From a virus (Duplodnaviria > Caudoviricetes), in IMG/VR virus record IMGVR_UViG_3300050034_000204, positions 1 through 63,709 of that record: a stretch of DNA of 63,709 nt; one strand, given 5' to 3'. The stretch's first letter is position 1, and each line of letters begins with the position of its first letter. Shown here in pieces: positions 1 through 9,919 of this stretch. The position numbers were made by a program, and so were the translations under genes. Under the pieces are notes generated by a model that saw nothing but the letters and a program-made list of their open reading frames with translations, had not been told where the DNA came from and did no database searches.

Positions 1-2387
1 ATTGCTTTCTTATTTTGAATTAAGCCAGAAGAGAACTCGACATAAGTAATACAACCAGAAGTTGCATAATAAGCAAATTCAGATTCAATGTTAATTTTTT
101 CTGTCATCGTAATATTTTCCCAAACAGGAATGTGATGACTATTGGTTAGATATTCTCGATCAGTTACTCCGGGAATAACCCCATATATTTCTTTTAATTT
201 AGCCATGGCCGTAAAGCAAAGGTTTTCAGCCGGGGTGGCATAAGTTCCAAAATTTCTATCATACTTCTCAGACATTCTCTTAGAAAAATCATAGATTCTT
301 TTTACAATATCCAAAGCAAATTGTTTTACTTTTTCATCTTGTGAATGATTTTTACCAAATAACGCCACCATGGTTTCTGCTATACCAATATATCCAATAG
401 CAAGAGTGCCATGTTTCATGGCTGGTTCAACTGTGTCAATACATTTATCTGCGTCCGCAATAGACCCGTTATCATACATAAACACCGAAGAAGAGGGTTT
501 TTGGCTTGTTATAATATCATACCTATCAAGCAATGATTTACAAGTGACTTCAAGGGTTTTATCCAATGCAGCCCAAAATCCGGGGATATCGCCCCTATGT
601 TCAATTCCAAGAGCAGGTAAAATAATTGTGGTAGGAACAATATTACCACGACCTACTTTAGAATAACCCATTCCATGCCGATCTTTTGCAATCATAGTAC
701 GGCAGTTATGACTATAAATTCCAGAAACTTCGAAATGATCACTTTCGGTTGTTACATCATAACTGTCTTCATTTTTTTCAGGAAGTTCCAACATGTTAGT
801 AATAAATAACGGATTTTTAAAATGATCAAAAACTCTATCACCGATTTTTAAATCTTTTGCGAAAATACGTCCTTGATTAATAATTGGTAGGGGATGATCG
901 GTGGTGACCGTAAGAGTTATATCATTTGAAAATGATAGTTTAATCCATGTATTATTTTTTGCAGCCCGTTTAAGCATTCGATAACATGGCACAAATCCAT
1001 TAAAAGTATCTAGAACCCGAACATTTACATCAATTAAATCAATATATTCCCCTAATTCACTTTTAACAATAGGAAATTCATTACCAAGTCTCTTCCATGC
1101 CAATTTGAAGCTTTCATGATATAAATTACCAAGATATCTATACGTGATTACTTCATCCTTATCCACACATCCCATAGTTGCCATATAAGTATCAGGATTA
1201 TTAATGTCTTCTTCATGATTAGTAAAATCGCAATTTACCCAATTAGGATAAATTCTCTTACTCATACTTTCAATGGCAAGCTCCTTTAAAAAATAATTAG
1301 GAGTTCCGGGTTTATCATTAATTCCCTTTTTATGTTGAAAAATTGAAATTGGAAAAATACTAGTACGATGAAACTTTCCAATTCCTGCAATACTTGCTCT
1401 TAGAATATTTTCTGATACTAGTTGCCCTTCCGGGGAAGTATCTCTTCCGAAGTTCGCGCTCGAAAACGGAAGTTGGGCTCCCGACCTCGATTCCAAACTG
1501 TTTAAATTATGATAAAAAGCCTCAAAAGATTGTTTAGCTTCTAATTTTAATTGTTCTACTGCATATGTCCAAGCCTTTGGATATTTATTAGCATATGAAG
1601 TATCATTTAATGAAACCATTTCCGGAACAGTTTCATTGACATTCTCGTAAAGATATTTTAAACCTTTGATAAGATGTTTTGATAATGATTTCTTAACATA
1701 GGGTGCAAGATCATAATCAATATGAGCAACGCCACATCCTCCGAACTGTCCCTGAGATTGTAGCTGTAGAATGACCGCAGTAAGCTGTAGAGCGGCGCTG
1801 AGAGAGTTTGCGGGTCGAATATCACCATTCCTCAATGAGAAACCATTTGCAAGCAGGTGGGCCAAGTCTACGAATAAACAATTATGAGAGCCGGTGGCAT
1901 AGAAGGAAAAATCATGAAGATAAATTTTTCCTTCATCAAAATATTTCTTTACGGAAGGAGAAAGTAGATTATCAAAAGCAAATTGTTTTTGAACAATTTC
2001 GGATACGTGTTCGCGTCTTCCTGAAAATGATTCATCTGACATATTGGCATTGCTACGTTCTTTTAATTCGCCATTCAAGATTTTACTAGTTTTTTTATAT
2101 AGGGAAGATCGTTTATTTCTTTCGGTGGTGCGGTCCTTTCGATATAGAATATAAGCTTTGGCAGCATCTTTATGAGAAGAAGCCATTAACTTCTTTTCGA
2201 TAATATCTTGCACTTCTTCAACTGATAACTGTTCTGCTGGAAGTTCTTCAATATGAGTTATAATTTTATTAATTAATTCCGGGTCATCTGCCCCAACCTG
2301 AGTCATTGCATTTTGTATTGCTGATTTAATTTTTTCTGAGTCAAAGCTAACAGCGCGACCATCGCGCTTTACAATTGATTTTGTCAT
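1..2387 (-). CDS. nrdD: Anaerobic (class III) ribonucleoside-triphosphate reductase, intein-containing; 3' end runs off the window
   Basis: Not in the ORF track; translated by hand. N-terminal ATP cone (MTKSIVKRDGRAVSFDSEKI), IYLHD, SQGQFGG, MG/CRT, GRGN, YATPAENLC and YLTNSHH motifs; GGAG RBS upstream. Confidence 0.95.
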   Translation of the reverse strand, partial: MTKSIVKRDGRAVSFDSEKIKSAIQNAMTQVGADDPELINKIITHIEELPAEQLSVEEVQDIIEKKLMASSHKDAAKAYILYRKDRTTERNKRSSLYKKTSKILNGELKERSNANMSDESFSGRREHVSEIVQKQFAFDNLLSPSVKKYFDEGKIYLHDFSFYATGSHNCLFVDLAHLLANGFSLRNGDIRPANSLSAALQLTAVILQLQSQGQFGGCGVAHIDYDLAPYVKKSLSKHLIKGLKYLYENVNETVPEMVSLNDTSYANKYPKAWTYAVEQLKLEAKQSFEAFYHNLNSLESRSGAQLPFSSANFGRDTSPEGQLVSENILRASIAGIGKFHRTSIFPISIFQHKKGINDKPGTPNYFLKELAIESMSKRIYPNWVNCDFTNHEEDINNPDTYMATMGCVDKDEVITYRYLGNLYHESFKLAWKRLGNEFPIVKSELGEYIDLIDVNVRVLDTFNGFVPCYRMLKRAAKNNTWIKLSFSNDITLTVTTDHPLPIINQGRIFAKDLKIGDRVFDHFKNPLFITNMLELPEKNEDSYDVTTESDHFEVSGIYSHNCRTMIAKDRHGMGYSKVGRGNIVPTTIILPALGIEHRGDIPGFWAALDKTLEVTCKSLLDRYDIITSQKPSSSVFMYDNGSIADADKCIDTVEPAMKHGTLAIGYIGIAETMVALFGKNHSQDEKVKQFALDIVKRIYDFSKRMSEKYDRNFGTYATPAENLCFTAMAKLKEIYGVIPGVTDREYLTNSHHIPVWENITMTEKINIESEFAYYATSGCITYVEFSSGLIQNKKA
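705..1169 (-). mobile_element. Mini-intein (155 aa, no endonuclease) in NrdD
   Basis: In-frame insert between MATMG and CRTM. It starts CVDKDEVI, has block B TVTTDHPL, block F YDVTTESDHF, and ends SHN before Cys+1. Confidence 0.93.
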
Positions 2388-2422
2388 TGATTTTTATTTC
2401 TCCAAATTGTGTGTAATGATAT

Positions 2423-2803
2423 TTATCGAATAAGATCGGTGTATTCAATAGTTAAAGTAATAATATTTGGTTTTCCTCCGGCAGTTAAATCAAACTCTCC
2501 ATAATTTGTTTCAATAATGTTACAATTTTTATATAGATATGAAGAAGCGATTGTAAATTCATCTGGGCCAATTTGTTGAATAGTTACATCGAAGCCGGGG
2601 GTATTATCATCTAAGAAATTAATTACGGAGTTATCCCAAGTATCTCTTACTTTAACAGTTAATATATTATTTTCATCTTTTCCTATGGTGGGTAATGAAG
2701 CATATAAAGTATGATTAGTCATTACTCCATCTAGATCGTTTGAAAAAATGATCTTACTTCTATTTTTTGATTTATATTGTGAACCTATTGTACCGATCTG
2801 CAT
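2423..2803 (-). CDS. Short tail-tube-like (gp19-like) protein, probably a diverged paralogue
   Basis: TVKVRDTWDNSV...CNIIETNYGEFD...PNIITLTIEY pattern resembles myovirus tube proteins; AAGGAG RBS before ATG 2803. Confidence 0.45.
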   Translation of the reverse strand: MQIGTIGSQYKSKNRSKIIFSNDLDGVMTNHTLYASLPTIGKDENNILTVKVRDTWDNSVINFLDDNTPGFDVTIQQIGPDEFTIASSYLYKNCNIIETNYGEFDLTAGGKPNIITLTIEYTDLIR

Positions 2804-2860
2804 AAGTTTCTCCTTGTTAGTTATAATCATAGCAAAGAAAAAATGTCAAATCAAATGAAA

Positions 2861-2882
2861 ATGGAGAGATTTCTCTCTCCAT
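2861..2882. terminator. Hairpin, probable terminator
   Basis: ATGGAGAGA-N4-TCTCTCCAT just after the stop of 2889..4040. Confidence 0.5.
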
Positions 2883-2888
2883 ATAATT

Positions 2889-4040
2889 TTAATGTTGTAA
2901 TAAGAATGTTGTTTGTACTCTTGGATCAGTTGAAGAATTATCGCCGTTTCCAGAACGAACAATCACAAAAAATTTCTTGTTATCATCAAGTTTATCTTCG
3001 GAATCAAGCTTCATATATTGCTCATAGGATAGTATTGTTTTTCTATCAATATGATATTTTTGAGCAATTCTATCTTTCAAAGTATTCATAGCTTCATTAG
3101 TAAATGCCCAAGCACCATTTTCGTCACGGATAATGGTTCTTCCATTCTTTTGCATTAAGTCACCAAACAATGATGTTGGAACAATAACTGCCCGCTTTGT
3201 GTTTTCAATGTCAACTAGTTTTTCTTGTGCAGGAGCGGCACTACCTGATGAGAAGTTGATAATAAAATTCTTTGGTTTTTCTGCATTGGCAACGGATGCC
3301 ATTTTGGTATAAGCATAAAACAAATTCTTTGGAAATGCCCTTGCAACATCAAATGCAAGCTTCATATATTCTGGAGAAAAGAAATCTCCGCTATCATGCC
3401 AACGAATGGCTACTTTAGCCTTGCTACGATTCTTGGCAATAGCAACCATAATTTCGGCTTTTAATTGTTCAGTAAAACTTTCCGGATCATTCACCAAATA
3501 ATTTAAAGTTTGAGTCTGCTTCATGGAAACAGCTTTAAATAGAATATAACTTCCATTCATTGCATAACATAATAATTTGCATGAGCCACTTCCGGGACAC
3601 GTATCAGCAATAACAAACTTTCCGGTTTTCTCATTAACTACCAATCCTTTTAATGCTGGCAAGCCAACATTATAAAATTGTATTGTTCCACTACTATGCA
3701 CCATTTTTTCATTTTGCTTTAATAGAGAAGATGGCCGTTGCATAATAGCTTCTTTCAGCGCATCTAAATCATATGGTTGGTCGGCATCATCAACAATCTT
3801 AATATTACTTTTATGAATATATGGAAGTTTATATTTATCAGTGGGAGTTTTCTCACCTTTGTAAATTCTATCCAAGTATTTAGACATTTCTTTATCTGGA
3901 AGTGTTTTAGTATGTGCTCCCAGTCCAAAATCTGCTTCATTCAATTCGTCACTGTCGCTTTCTTGATCCACAAAAGAATCCAAGGACTGAATAGTAAAAC
4001 CATTTAATGTTTCTTCTGCAATAACTTCATTCCATCGCAT
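2889..4040 (-). CDS. GP88-family (radical-SAM-like Fe-S) protein with acidic N-terminal extension
   Basis: TCPGSGSCKLLCYA cysteine motif, IRWHDSGDF and YAYTK; leader MRWNEVIAEE. Confidence 0.7.
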   Translation of the reverse strand: MRWNEVIAEETLNGFTIQSLDSFVDQESDSDELNEADFGLGAHTKTLPDKEMSKYLDRIYKGEKTPTDKYKLPYIHKSNIKIVDDADQPYDLDALKEAIMQRPSSLLKQNEKMVHSSGTIQFYNVGLPALKGLVVNEKTGKFVIADTCPGSGSCKLLCYAMNGSYILFKAVSMKQTQTLNYLVNDPESFTEQLKAEIMVAIAKNRSKAKVAIRWHDSGDFFSPEYMKLAFDVARAFPKNLFYAYTKMASVANAEKPKNFIINFSSGSAAPAQEKLVDIENTKRAVIVPTSLFGDLMQKNGRTIIRDENGAWAFTNEAMNTLKDRIAQKYHIDRKTILSYEQYMKLDSEDKLDDNKKFFVIVRSGNGDNSSTDPRVQTTFLLQH

Positions 4041-4087
4041 GTATTATAAACTCCTACTACTATTTATGTGCGATGGAATATTGTTAG

Positions 4088-4288
4088 TTAAAGATGAAGT
4101 TTAAAACCATGCTGATTGAAATTGGAAGCAAGTGCCCAAGAACATGCACCAATCGGTCCAAGGGCAATAATTGTAATGGTGAATCCTGCCATATCCCGAT
4201 ATGAGTCATTCCAGTCAGCTTCCGACAGCATTGTTCCCCATGAGTAGAAGATAGATACCAACCATACAGCGATAATTAATATAATCAT
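4088..4288 (-). CDS. Small membrane protein
   Basis: Two hydrophobic segments; ATGA overlap with the upstream gene. Confidence 0.6.
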   Translation of the reverse strand: MIILIIAVWLVSIFYSWGTMLSEADWNDSYRDMAGFTITIIALGPIGACSWALASNFNQHGFKLHL

Positions 4289-4899
4289 ATGAGTGCCTTC
4301 TTCTCCCAAATAGTATATACTTCACCAGTTTCGTAATTGTAAATCAAAATCTCAACTGGATTAATATATGATAATACCGAATTGGACTGAATCTGATTAC
4401 AAACCAGTAATACTCGAAGATTTTTATTTAACTTCTTATAATTTGCAACTGAAATAGGAAGCATAATAACAAAGTCATTGGGATTATCATCTAAGCCACC
4501 GACCCAATCTTTCCCAACCGCAAATTCAAGCCATTTCCCTTTAATAGTTTGAATAGAACGATAATTATTCTTTGCATCTTTATCAAGATCAGTCATATGA
4601 TAAGTATGGATAATGAAGTCCAAGTCTTGTCCATCGGAATCAAATCTGGTGTCATAATCCGTCAAAACATATGATGTTAAAGTTAACTTATTAAGTTCAT
4701 TTGGATTATTTCCATTAAAGCGCGGAGAAAGCCAATGTTCTCTGCGCATATTATGAGCAAAAGAAAACGCAGTAGGGGAGTACTCTATTCCACTTTGAAG
4801 AGCAGCAAGGTGGCTTCCTGCGTCTTTAATGAGCACTTCCTGAGACTGTGCAATAGAAATAGAAAATACAAATAATGCAAAAACCAATAACTTTTTCAT
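4285..4899 (-). CDS. Exported hypothetical protein
   Basis: Sec-type signal MKKLLVFALFVFSISIAQS; AAGGA RBS. Confidence 0.7.
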   Translation of the reverse strand: MKKLLVFALFVFSISIAQSQEVLIKDAGSHLAALQSGIEYSPTAFSFAHNMRREHWLSPRFNGNNPNELNKLTLTSYVLTDYDTRFDSDGQDLDFIIHTYHMTDLDKDAKNNYRSIQTIKGKWLEFAVGKDWVGGLDDNPNDFVIMLPISVANYKKLNKNLRVLLVCNQIQSNSVLSYINPVEILIYNYETGEVYTIWEKKALI

Positions 4900-4912
4900 A
4901 GTTTCCTTTCAT

Positions 4913-5239
4913 TTAAACAAGATCGGTTTCCTGCAAGTTCTTCCATGCTTTGGCAATTGTTACGCGAGATGGGCGAACGGGATCAACATACCAAGAATAT
5001 TCATTGAATACAACTTTAGAAAATACCCCATATGGATAATTTCCGACCCAATAAACAATACCTTCGATGGAAACCATACATTTTGGATCGTGGGGATAAG
5101 AATAGTGAGGATCAATTGCTTTATGAAAAGTGTCATTTTCCAAAGCATCTTTTAATTGATCATCGCATTCTTTATCATATGGATAAATCATAACCCAAAA
5201 TTTCGGATTGAGATAAACTTTCAAATCACTTAATGTCAT
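4913..5239 (-). CDS. Hypothetical protein
   Basis: AGGAGG RBS; tight gene packing. Confidence 0.7.
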   Translation of the reverse strand: MTLSDLKVYLNPKFWVMIYPYDKECDDQLKDALENDTFHKAIDPHYSYPHDPKCMVSIEGIVYWVGNYPYGVFSKVVFNEYSWYVDPVRPSRVTIAKAWKNLQETDLV

Positions 5240-5250
5240 AATCCTCCTTT

Positions 5251-5829
5251 TTAATTTCCAGAAGTGTTTCGATTAAGCATTTCTGCCAACTGTTCCCAAA
5301 ACTGCTTAGTATCTTTATCAATATTAATATTAGAGAATCGAATCACGGTGCCATCTTTCTTAATTCCAATAATTCTGTCAGTCTTGCTATACAAAGATAA
5401 GATATAATCACTGGTTGGATTTCCAATTTCCCAATAATCATCTCCGGATGGAATATATAGTCCTCCCATGGAAACATTAAGGGTGGACATTGAAGTAATC
5501 GCAGTTGATTCGTTGAAAATAGGAATGCATACTGGGGCAGCAGTTCGCAAAATATCTGAGGTAACTACCTGAACCGAGCGAATTGTATAATCATTATATG
5601 ATGAATTTCCTACCACATTTGAAACAAACATTCCACCGGAAGCATTTGTAATCACCGGAGGCTTTTTATCAGCTAATGCATAGTTGATTGGGCAGGAATA
5701 TGCATGATCAACTGCTGGAATATCGACAACTGTTGCTGGAATTTCTTTAATGGTGTTCTTATCTTGAGAAAATCCAACGGTAGAAATCATCAATGCCAAT
5801 GTTAAAATAATATAATTTAAATACTTCAT
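5251..5829 (-). CDS. Exported hypothetical protein
   Basis: Signal-like MKYLNYIILTLALMISTVGFS-Q; AAGGAG RBS. Confidence 0.7.
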   Translation of the reverse strand: MKYLNYIILTLALMISTVGFSQDKNTIKEIPATVVDIPAVDHAYSCPINYALADKKPPVITNASGGMFVSNVVGNSSYNDYTIRSVQVVTSDILRTAAPVCIPIFNESTAITSMSTLNVSMGGLYIPSGDDYWEIGNPTSDYILSLYSKTDRIIGIKKDGTVIRFSNINIDKDTKQFWEQLAEMLNRNTSGN

Positions 5830-5886
5830 TGTTCTCCTTAAAAATGGATGATATCATAAACTAATTGATATCATCCCATATGGTAA

Positions 5887-6066
5887 TTATGCGTTCTCTT
5901 CGGTTGTATAATTCTTGATGGAAATGGTATGCTTGCTGGCCTTCTTATAGGTATGACTTTCTACATCAAAGTGTGCCTTGGTCTTACGAGCGGTGGGAAG
6001 AACCTCGATTGCATCGAGCAGGTCAGCGTTCTCTTCAAAATCAGCAAGCGTCAAATAAGCAGTCAT
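5887..6066 (-). CDS. Small hypothetical (early) protein
   Basis: AAGGA RBS before ATG 6066; sigma70-like promoter upstream. Confidence 0.6.
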   Translation of the reverse strand: MTAYLTLADFEENADLLDAIEVLPTARKTKAHFDVESHTYKKASKHTISIKNYTTEENA

Positions 6067-6103
6067 AATAAAATCCTTTCGATTTATTCCTAACAACATA
6101 ATA

Positions 6104-6132
6104 AGAATATCAAATGTTTGGTTGATTGTCAA
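6104..6132 (-). promoter_or_regulatory. Sigma70-like early promoter
   Basis: TTGACA-N17-TATTCT. Confidence 0.55.
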
Positions 6133-6500
6133 GCATTATTTGCATCATCTCTGCAAATTGCTGCGCCTTGATGCGCTATTGCTTCTTTCTGTTGGTAGAT
6201 TTTGCGGCAATCTCTGGAGCAAAAGTGCAGCTTATCATCTTTTTGCCTCATCATAAGTTTTTCTGGAACCAGCAACCCGCATACTGGGCAGAGCCAATCT
6301 TGCAGTTCTCCGTATTTTTCAGCCATTGCATAACTATGACCAATATGGTACTTCCCACATTCAAAGCACTGATATGGATGAAGCCATGTTCTTGTTTTAT
6401 AAATCATCCGTTCTGCTGCTTTTGCAGCCGATTCATATGTACGATATGGCACTTTTCTATCGCACACTTTTGAATTAAAATCAAAATCAAGTTCTTGCAT
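6129..6500 (-). CDS. Zinc-binding hypothetical protein
   Basis: YQCFECGKYH, CPVCG and FCSRDC motifs. Confidence 0.65.
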   Translation of the reverse strand: MQELDFDFNSKVCDRKVPYRTYESAAKAAERMIYKTRTWLHPYQCFECGKYHIGHSYAMAEKYGELQDWLCPVCGLLVPEKLMMRQKDDKLHFCSRDCRKIYQQKEAIAHQGAAICRDDANNA

Positions 6501-6501
6501 G

Positions 6502-6999
6502 TTAAACCCCCTTATATAGATATTTTGCCAAATGACCCGAAATAGTACTTTCTGGAAGATTTTTCAAAGGAATGCGGCTATTTCTCTGATAATGCGTGAC
6601 ATTACCATATAGTCCATTACACCGCCCCCCCACGGCTGCTCCACATACCGGGCAAATGCTACTCAAATACTTGGTCTTATAGGTAATTACCGACTTTTTG
6701 GCAGCGTATCCTTTTTCTTGAATTCGAGCAAGCTTATTATCTGAAAAATAATCTTTTTCTGCGCGAATATTTGCACAATCGATTGCAGAAATACCAAATT
6801 TATATGCCAGAACCTCGTTTGTTTGATTGCCATCATTAATAAGCTTTTTGATATTTGACGGAATATTCTTCTTATATCCCTTCCACCCGCGACGATATTT
6901 CTGTACTGTCCGAAGGGATACTTCATAAATATCAGCCGTATATGCGGTAGAATATGGGCTATTCTTAATAGATTCAATTGTGTTATTTGAAATAATCAT
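6502..6999 (-). CDS. Putative DNA-binding protein (HTH-like segments plus zinc finger)
   Basis: ADIYEVSLRTVQKYR, LAYKFGIS and CPVCGA...C...H..R; GAGGAG RBS. Confidence 0.55.
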   Translation of the reverse strand: MIISNNTIESIKNSPYSTAYTADIYEVSLRTVQKYRRGWKGYKKNIPSNIKKLINDGNQTNEVLAYKFGISAIDCANIRAEKDYFSDNKLARIQEKGYAAKKSVITYKTKYLSSICPVCGAAVGGRCNGLYGNVTHYQRNSRIPLKNLPESTISGHLAKYLYKGV

Positions 7000-7121
7000 G
7001 TGTTTGTTTCTCCTCACTGAAATAACTATATCAAATTGCTCATTGCTTTGCAAGAAGGAAATAAAGTCTTGATATCAATGATAAATAATGATATTATAAA
7101 TATTGTTCAAGGAGAGAATAT

Positions 7122-7376
7122 ATGCACAATCGAGCAGAACGTCGTTATCGAACAGAAATTATTGCAAAACGCCGCGCATCCCATCTCAATAATCGAGAAT
7201 ATGATGAACGGGGAAATCGAATTGAATCTGCACCCATTGGGCACTTTCGTAAGGATAAAGGATTTACCCCGCATCGTAGCAAAGGCTTTGGATATGACGT
7301 AAAAAAGAAATCGTTACATTTTGTTCAAATGAAGGCTAATCGAAGAAATCCTATTGATACAGAAGAAAATCGTTGA
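7122..7376 (+). CDS. Basic hypothetical protein
   Basis: TATAAATA plus AAGGAG upstream. Confidence 0.6.
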   Translation: MHNRAERRYRTEIIAKRRASHLNNREYDERGNRIESAPIGHFRKDKGFTPHRSKGFGYDVKKKSLHFVQMKANRRNPIDTEENR

Positions 7377-7401
7377 CAGTGATCTGAAAATATAATAAAC
7401 T
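7373..7401 (+). promoter_or_regulatory. Sigma70-like early promoter
   Basis: TTGACA-N17-TAAACT. Confidence 0.55.
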
Positions 7402-7422
7402 ATTTTCAGATTGGAGAACGAT

Positions 7423-7620
7423 ATGAATTATGAGAAAGTTGAAAAACTAGCCAACCTTAATCCAAATCGAATCACTCTAGAAGAAGTTGCATCTCTTCTG
7501 CCGTGTTTCAACTTCAAGTGGTTCGCGAAACTGATTATGTATGCGGGAGTTCGGCGTGGTGAGTTTGTGAAAAATGAAGATAACACTTACAAGTTTGTTG
7601 GAGGAAACAATGAAGACTAA
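7423..7620 (+). CDS. Hypothetical protein
   Basis: GGAG RBS, downstream of the promoter. Confidence 0.6.
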   Translation: MNYEKVEKLANLNPNRITLEEVASLLPCFNFKWFAKLIMYAGVRRGEFVKNEDNTYKFVGGNNED

Positions 7621-7762
7621 GACTGCTGTTTGCGCTGATTGTGGAACAAAATTTGTTAAGGCAACCATTACTAGCAAGTGCTGTTCTCAAAATTGTAAGA
7701 CTCGTTACTGGGAAAAGAATCAAGACGAACTTGAACCGCGTGATCGTTTTTATGATCGATAA
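7610..7762 (+). CDS. Small zinc-finger protein
   Basis: CADCG...CCSQNC; GGAGG RBS. Confidence 0.6.
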   Translation: MKTKTAVCADCGTKFVKATITSKCCSQNCKTRYWEKNQDELEPRDRFYDR

Positions 7763-7789
7763 AAAGGTGGGCATTATGCCCACCTTTTT
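7761..7789. terminator. Bidirectional intrinsic terminator
   Basis: AAAAAGGTGGGCAT-T-ATGCCCACCTTTTT between convergent genes. Confidence 0.85.
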
Positions 7790-8541
7790 CATTTTGTAAC
7801 AATCTTTAAATCTTCATCCAATTGGGTAACATTTAATCCAGTTGGATCTATTCCAGAAACATTAAACCAGTCCTCACCGATCAAACAATATGCTTCATCA
7901 ACATATTTTAACCAGAAATTCCAAGTTAATTTATATATTTCTCCCCAAGTGATTATGTATACGTATTTTGCATCATATCCACAAACCGACACGCAATGTC
8001 CTCCCCAGCTAAACGGTTCTGCCGTACCATCAGATGCATTATTTACAACATCCCATGTACCATTTTGGGTTTGCGCGGTCAATGGAAGTCCGACCCCAAT
8101 ATATAATCCACCAAATAAATTAATGCCAGTTTTAATTTCTTGAATGTTATGAACATTTGTAGCAGCATAGGCATGCAAAATGTGTCCATTAAATTTAGTT
8201 GTTCTCCATTTATTAAGAACATCCAATTCATTGCCGCCTTGATCAGTTTTAGAATCCTTGGGATTATATCCATCCCACTCAATATAATACTTTAAAACAT
8301 CGTTATCAGCAAATGTCAATGCTTTAGATGAATTGATAGCCCATGTTTGTATAAGATGGGCTACACCGGCAATGGTACAATCTCCCAAACTATCATTCAA
8401 ATATTCTCCCCATGAAGTTTGTCCTTTGCTCCAATCAACTTTTATTGGCGGGGCTGGAAGAGATGATGGCAAGTATGCAGATAGCAATAATGTTCTTGGA
8501 TCATTTCGTTTTGGTTGTCTTCCTAATTTTCGATTAATCAT
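7789..8541 (-). CDS. Papain-like (clan CA) cysteine peptidase
   Basis: ND-x-LGDCTIAG (Cys), GGHCVSVCGYD (His), ITWG and YVDEAY. Confidence 0.7.
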   Translation of the reverse strand: MINRKLGRQPKRNDPRTLLLSAYLPSSLPAPPIKVDWSKGQTSWGEYLNDSLGDCTIAGVAHLIQTWAINSSKALTFADNDVLKYYIEWDGYNPKDSKTDQGGNELDVLNKWRTTKFNGHILHAYAATNVHNIQEIKTGINLFGGLYIGVGLPLTAQTQNGTWDVVNNASDGTAEPFSWGGHCVSVCGYDAKYVYIITWGEIYKLTWNFWLKYVDEAYCLIGEDWFNVSGIDPTGLNVTQLDEDLKIVTK

Positions 8542-9269
8542 TATTTTCCTCCAATGGCTCGTTTAAATAGCAAAATTCGTTGAAGCCATGATAATTTTTT
8601 TGATGATGGTTTAGTTATTAGTTCAGTGGTTGCCACGTGAATATCAGAAGTTATTCCAGCAGTATTGACTCCTATCTGCATTAGATAAGGATTATTAATT
8701 AGTTGTTGAAAGCTTTTTAAAGAATCATTGGTATTTTCATATATAGTTTCTTCTTGATTATCCAAAGTAGATAATCTTCTTTCTTCATGAGATATGATCA
8801 TATCGGCATGTACCGCATCTGATTTTACTGCTAATAAGGTTTTATTAGTTTCCTTCAAAGTACCATTTTCATTGTTTATAATATCAAAGGATTGTTGCAT
8901 ATTTCTATTTGTGCTAGATAAGATGCCATCATATCCATTAATATATGAAAATGAAGTATTCATGTTATGATTAGCATGAGCAACAAAAGAATTTCCGGAA
9001 TAAATTAATGCATTGATATTTGGTATTATATTCACTCTTATGTAATATGCTATATCTGCCAATTGCTCTGATGTTTCTGCCATAGAACCAGTAGACTTTT
9101 GAATATTTGAAACTGATTGACTTATTTGATTAAGGTCAGTTCTTGCTACTCTCATCGTATCATTTACTTCATTTATTGTTTTACAATATAACGTAATCAT
9201 TATCAACATCGAGATGCAGCATACGACTAATAAAATAATCTTCATTATTTCTTTTATTGTTTCAATCAT
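8541..9269 (-). CDS. Membrane-anchored coiled-coil protein
   Basis: N-terminal TM followed by long heptad-rich helices and a basic amphipathic C-terminus. Confidence 0.6.
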   Translation of the reverse strand: MIETIKEIMKIILLVVCCISMLIMITLYCKTINEVNDTMRVARTDLNQISQSVSNIQKSTGSMAETSEQLADIAYYIRVNIIPNINALIYSGNSFVAHANHNMNTSFSYINGYDGILSSTNRNMQQSFDIINNENGTLKETNKTLLAVKSDAVHADMIISHEERRLSTLDNQEETIYENTNDSLKSFQQLINNPYLMQIGVNTAGITSDIHVATTELITKPSSKKLSWLQRILLFKRAIGGK

Positions 9270-9919
9270 TTTGCTACCGCCAATATTCTAATATTATTGC
9301 TTATATTTTCTTGCTCTATTTTATATCTTTCTAATTGCTTTGTAAGTTCTTGCTTTTTATTTTTATTATCTGTATTTTCTATTTCATCCTGAATATAATC
9401 AATTTCATCAGTTAAATTGTTATTCCAAATATCTTCATTGAACAAATCATTCTTATCTATTTGAAACAATTTATTGGACTTCATATCATATCCGAAGCAA
9501 TCAATTCCCTGAATTTTTACCAGTCGTTCCCAAATACTTCTTCCACCTTTTGTTTGCTCATTCCCAGAAAGTATCTTTAATTTTAAATTTTTTAATAAGA
9601 ATCGATACATCAAGATAGGAAGATTTAATCCTCTATAATTATCATTAACTGAAATCAAATCTATTTGCCATGTGTTAGTATTAATCCAGACAGCACTTAT
9701 TTCAACAATAAGTACTAATTGATCATTGGACTTATCTTTAAGACATATTATATTTTCTTTTATGACTTCTTCTAAGGAAAATACCTCGAAATTTTTTAAG
9801 TTTCCCCATGACTTTCTTCCATATAACTTAACAAAACGATGCCATCTTCTAACCATATCTGGAAATACTTTAGATCCAGAAGCAACATCATTTATCATTT
9901 CAATTTCATAAAGTCTCAT
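9266..9919 (-). CDS. GNAT-fold acetyltransferase-like protein
   Basis: ISVNDNYRGLNL (acetyl-CoA loop) and QTKGGRSIWERL; leader MRLYEIE; start chosen from CATAAATA-N5-ATG. Confidence 0.65.
   Translation of the reverse strand: MRLYEIEMINDVASGSKVFPDMVRRWHRFVKLYGRKSWGNLKNFEVFSLEEVIKENIICLKDKSNDQLVLIVEISAVWINTNTWQIDLISVNDNYRGLNLPILMYRFLLKNLKLKILSGNEQTKGGRSIWERLVKIQGIDCFGYDMKSNKLFQIDKNDLFNEDIWNNNLTDEIDYIQDEIENTDNKNKKQELTKQLERYKIEQENISNNIRILAVAK

Noticed and set aside
370-2089. Plus-strand ORFs 370..666 and 1808..2089
   Set aside because: Antisense shadows of nrdD, which the ORF track missed because it runs off the window.
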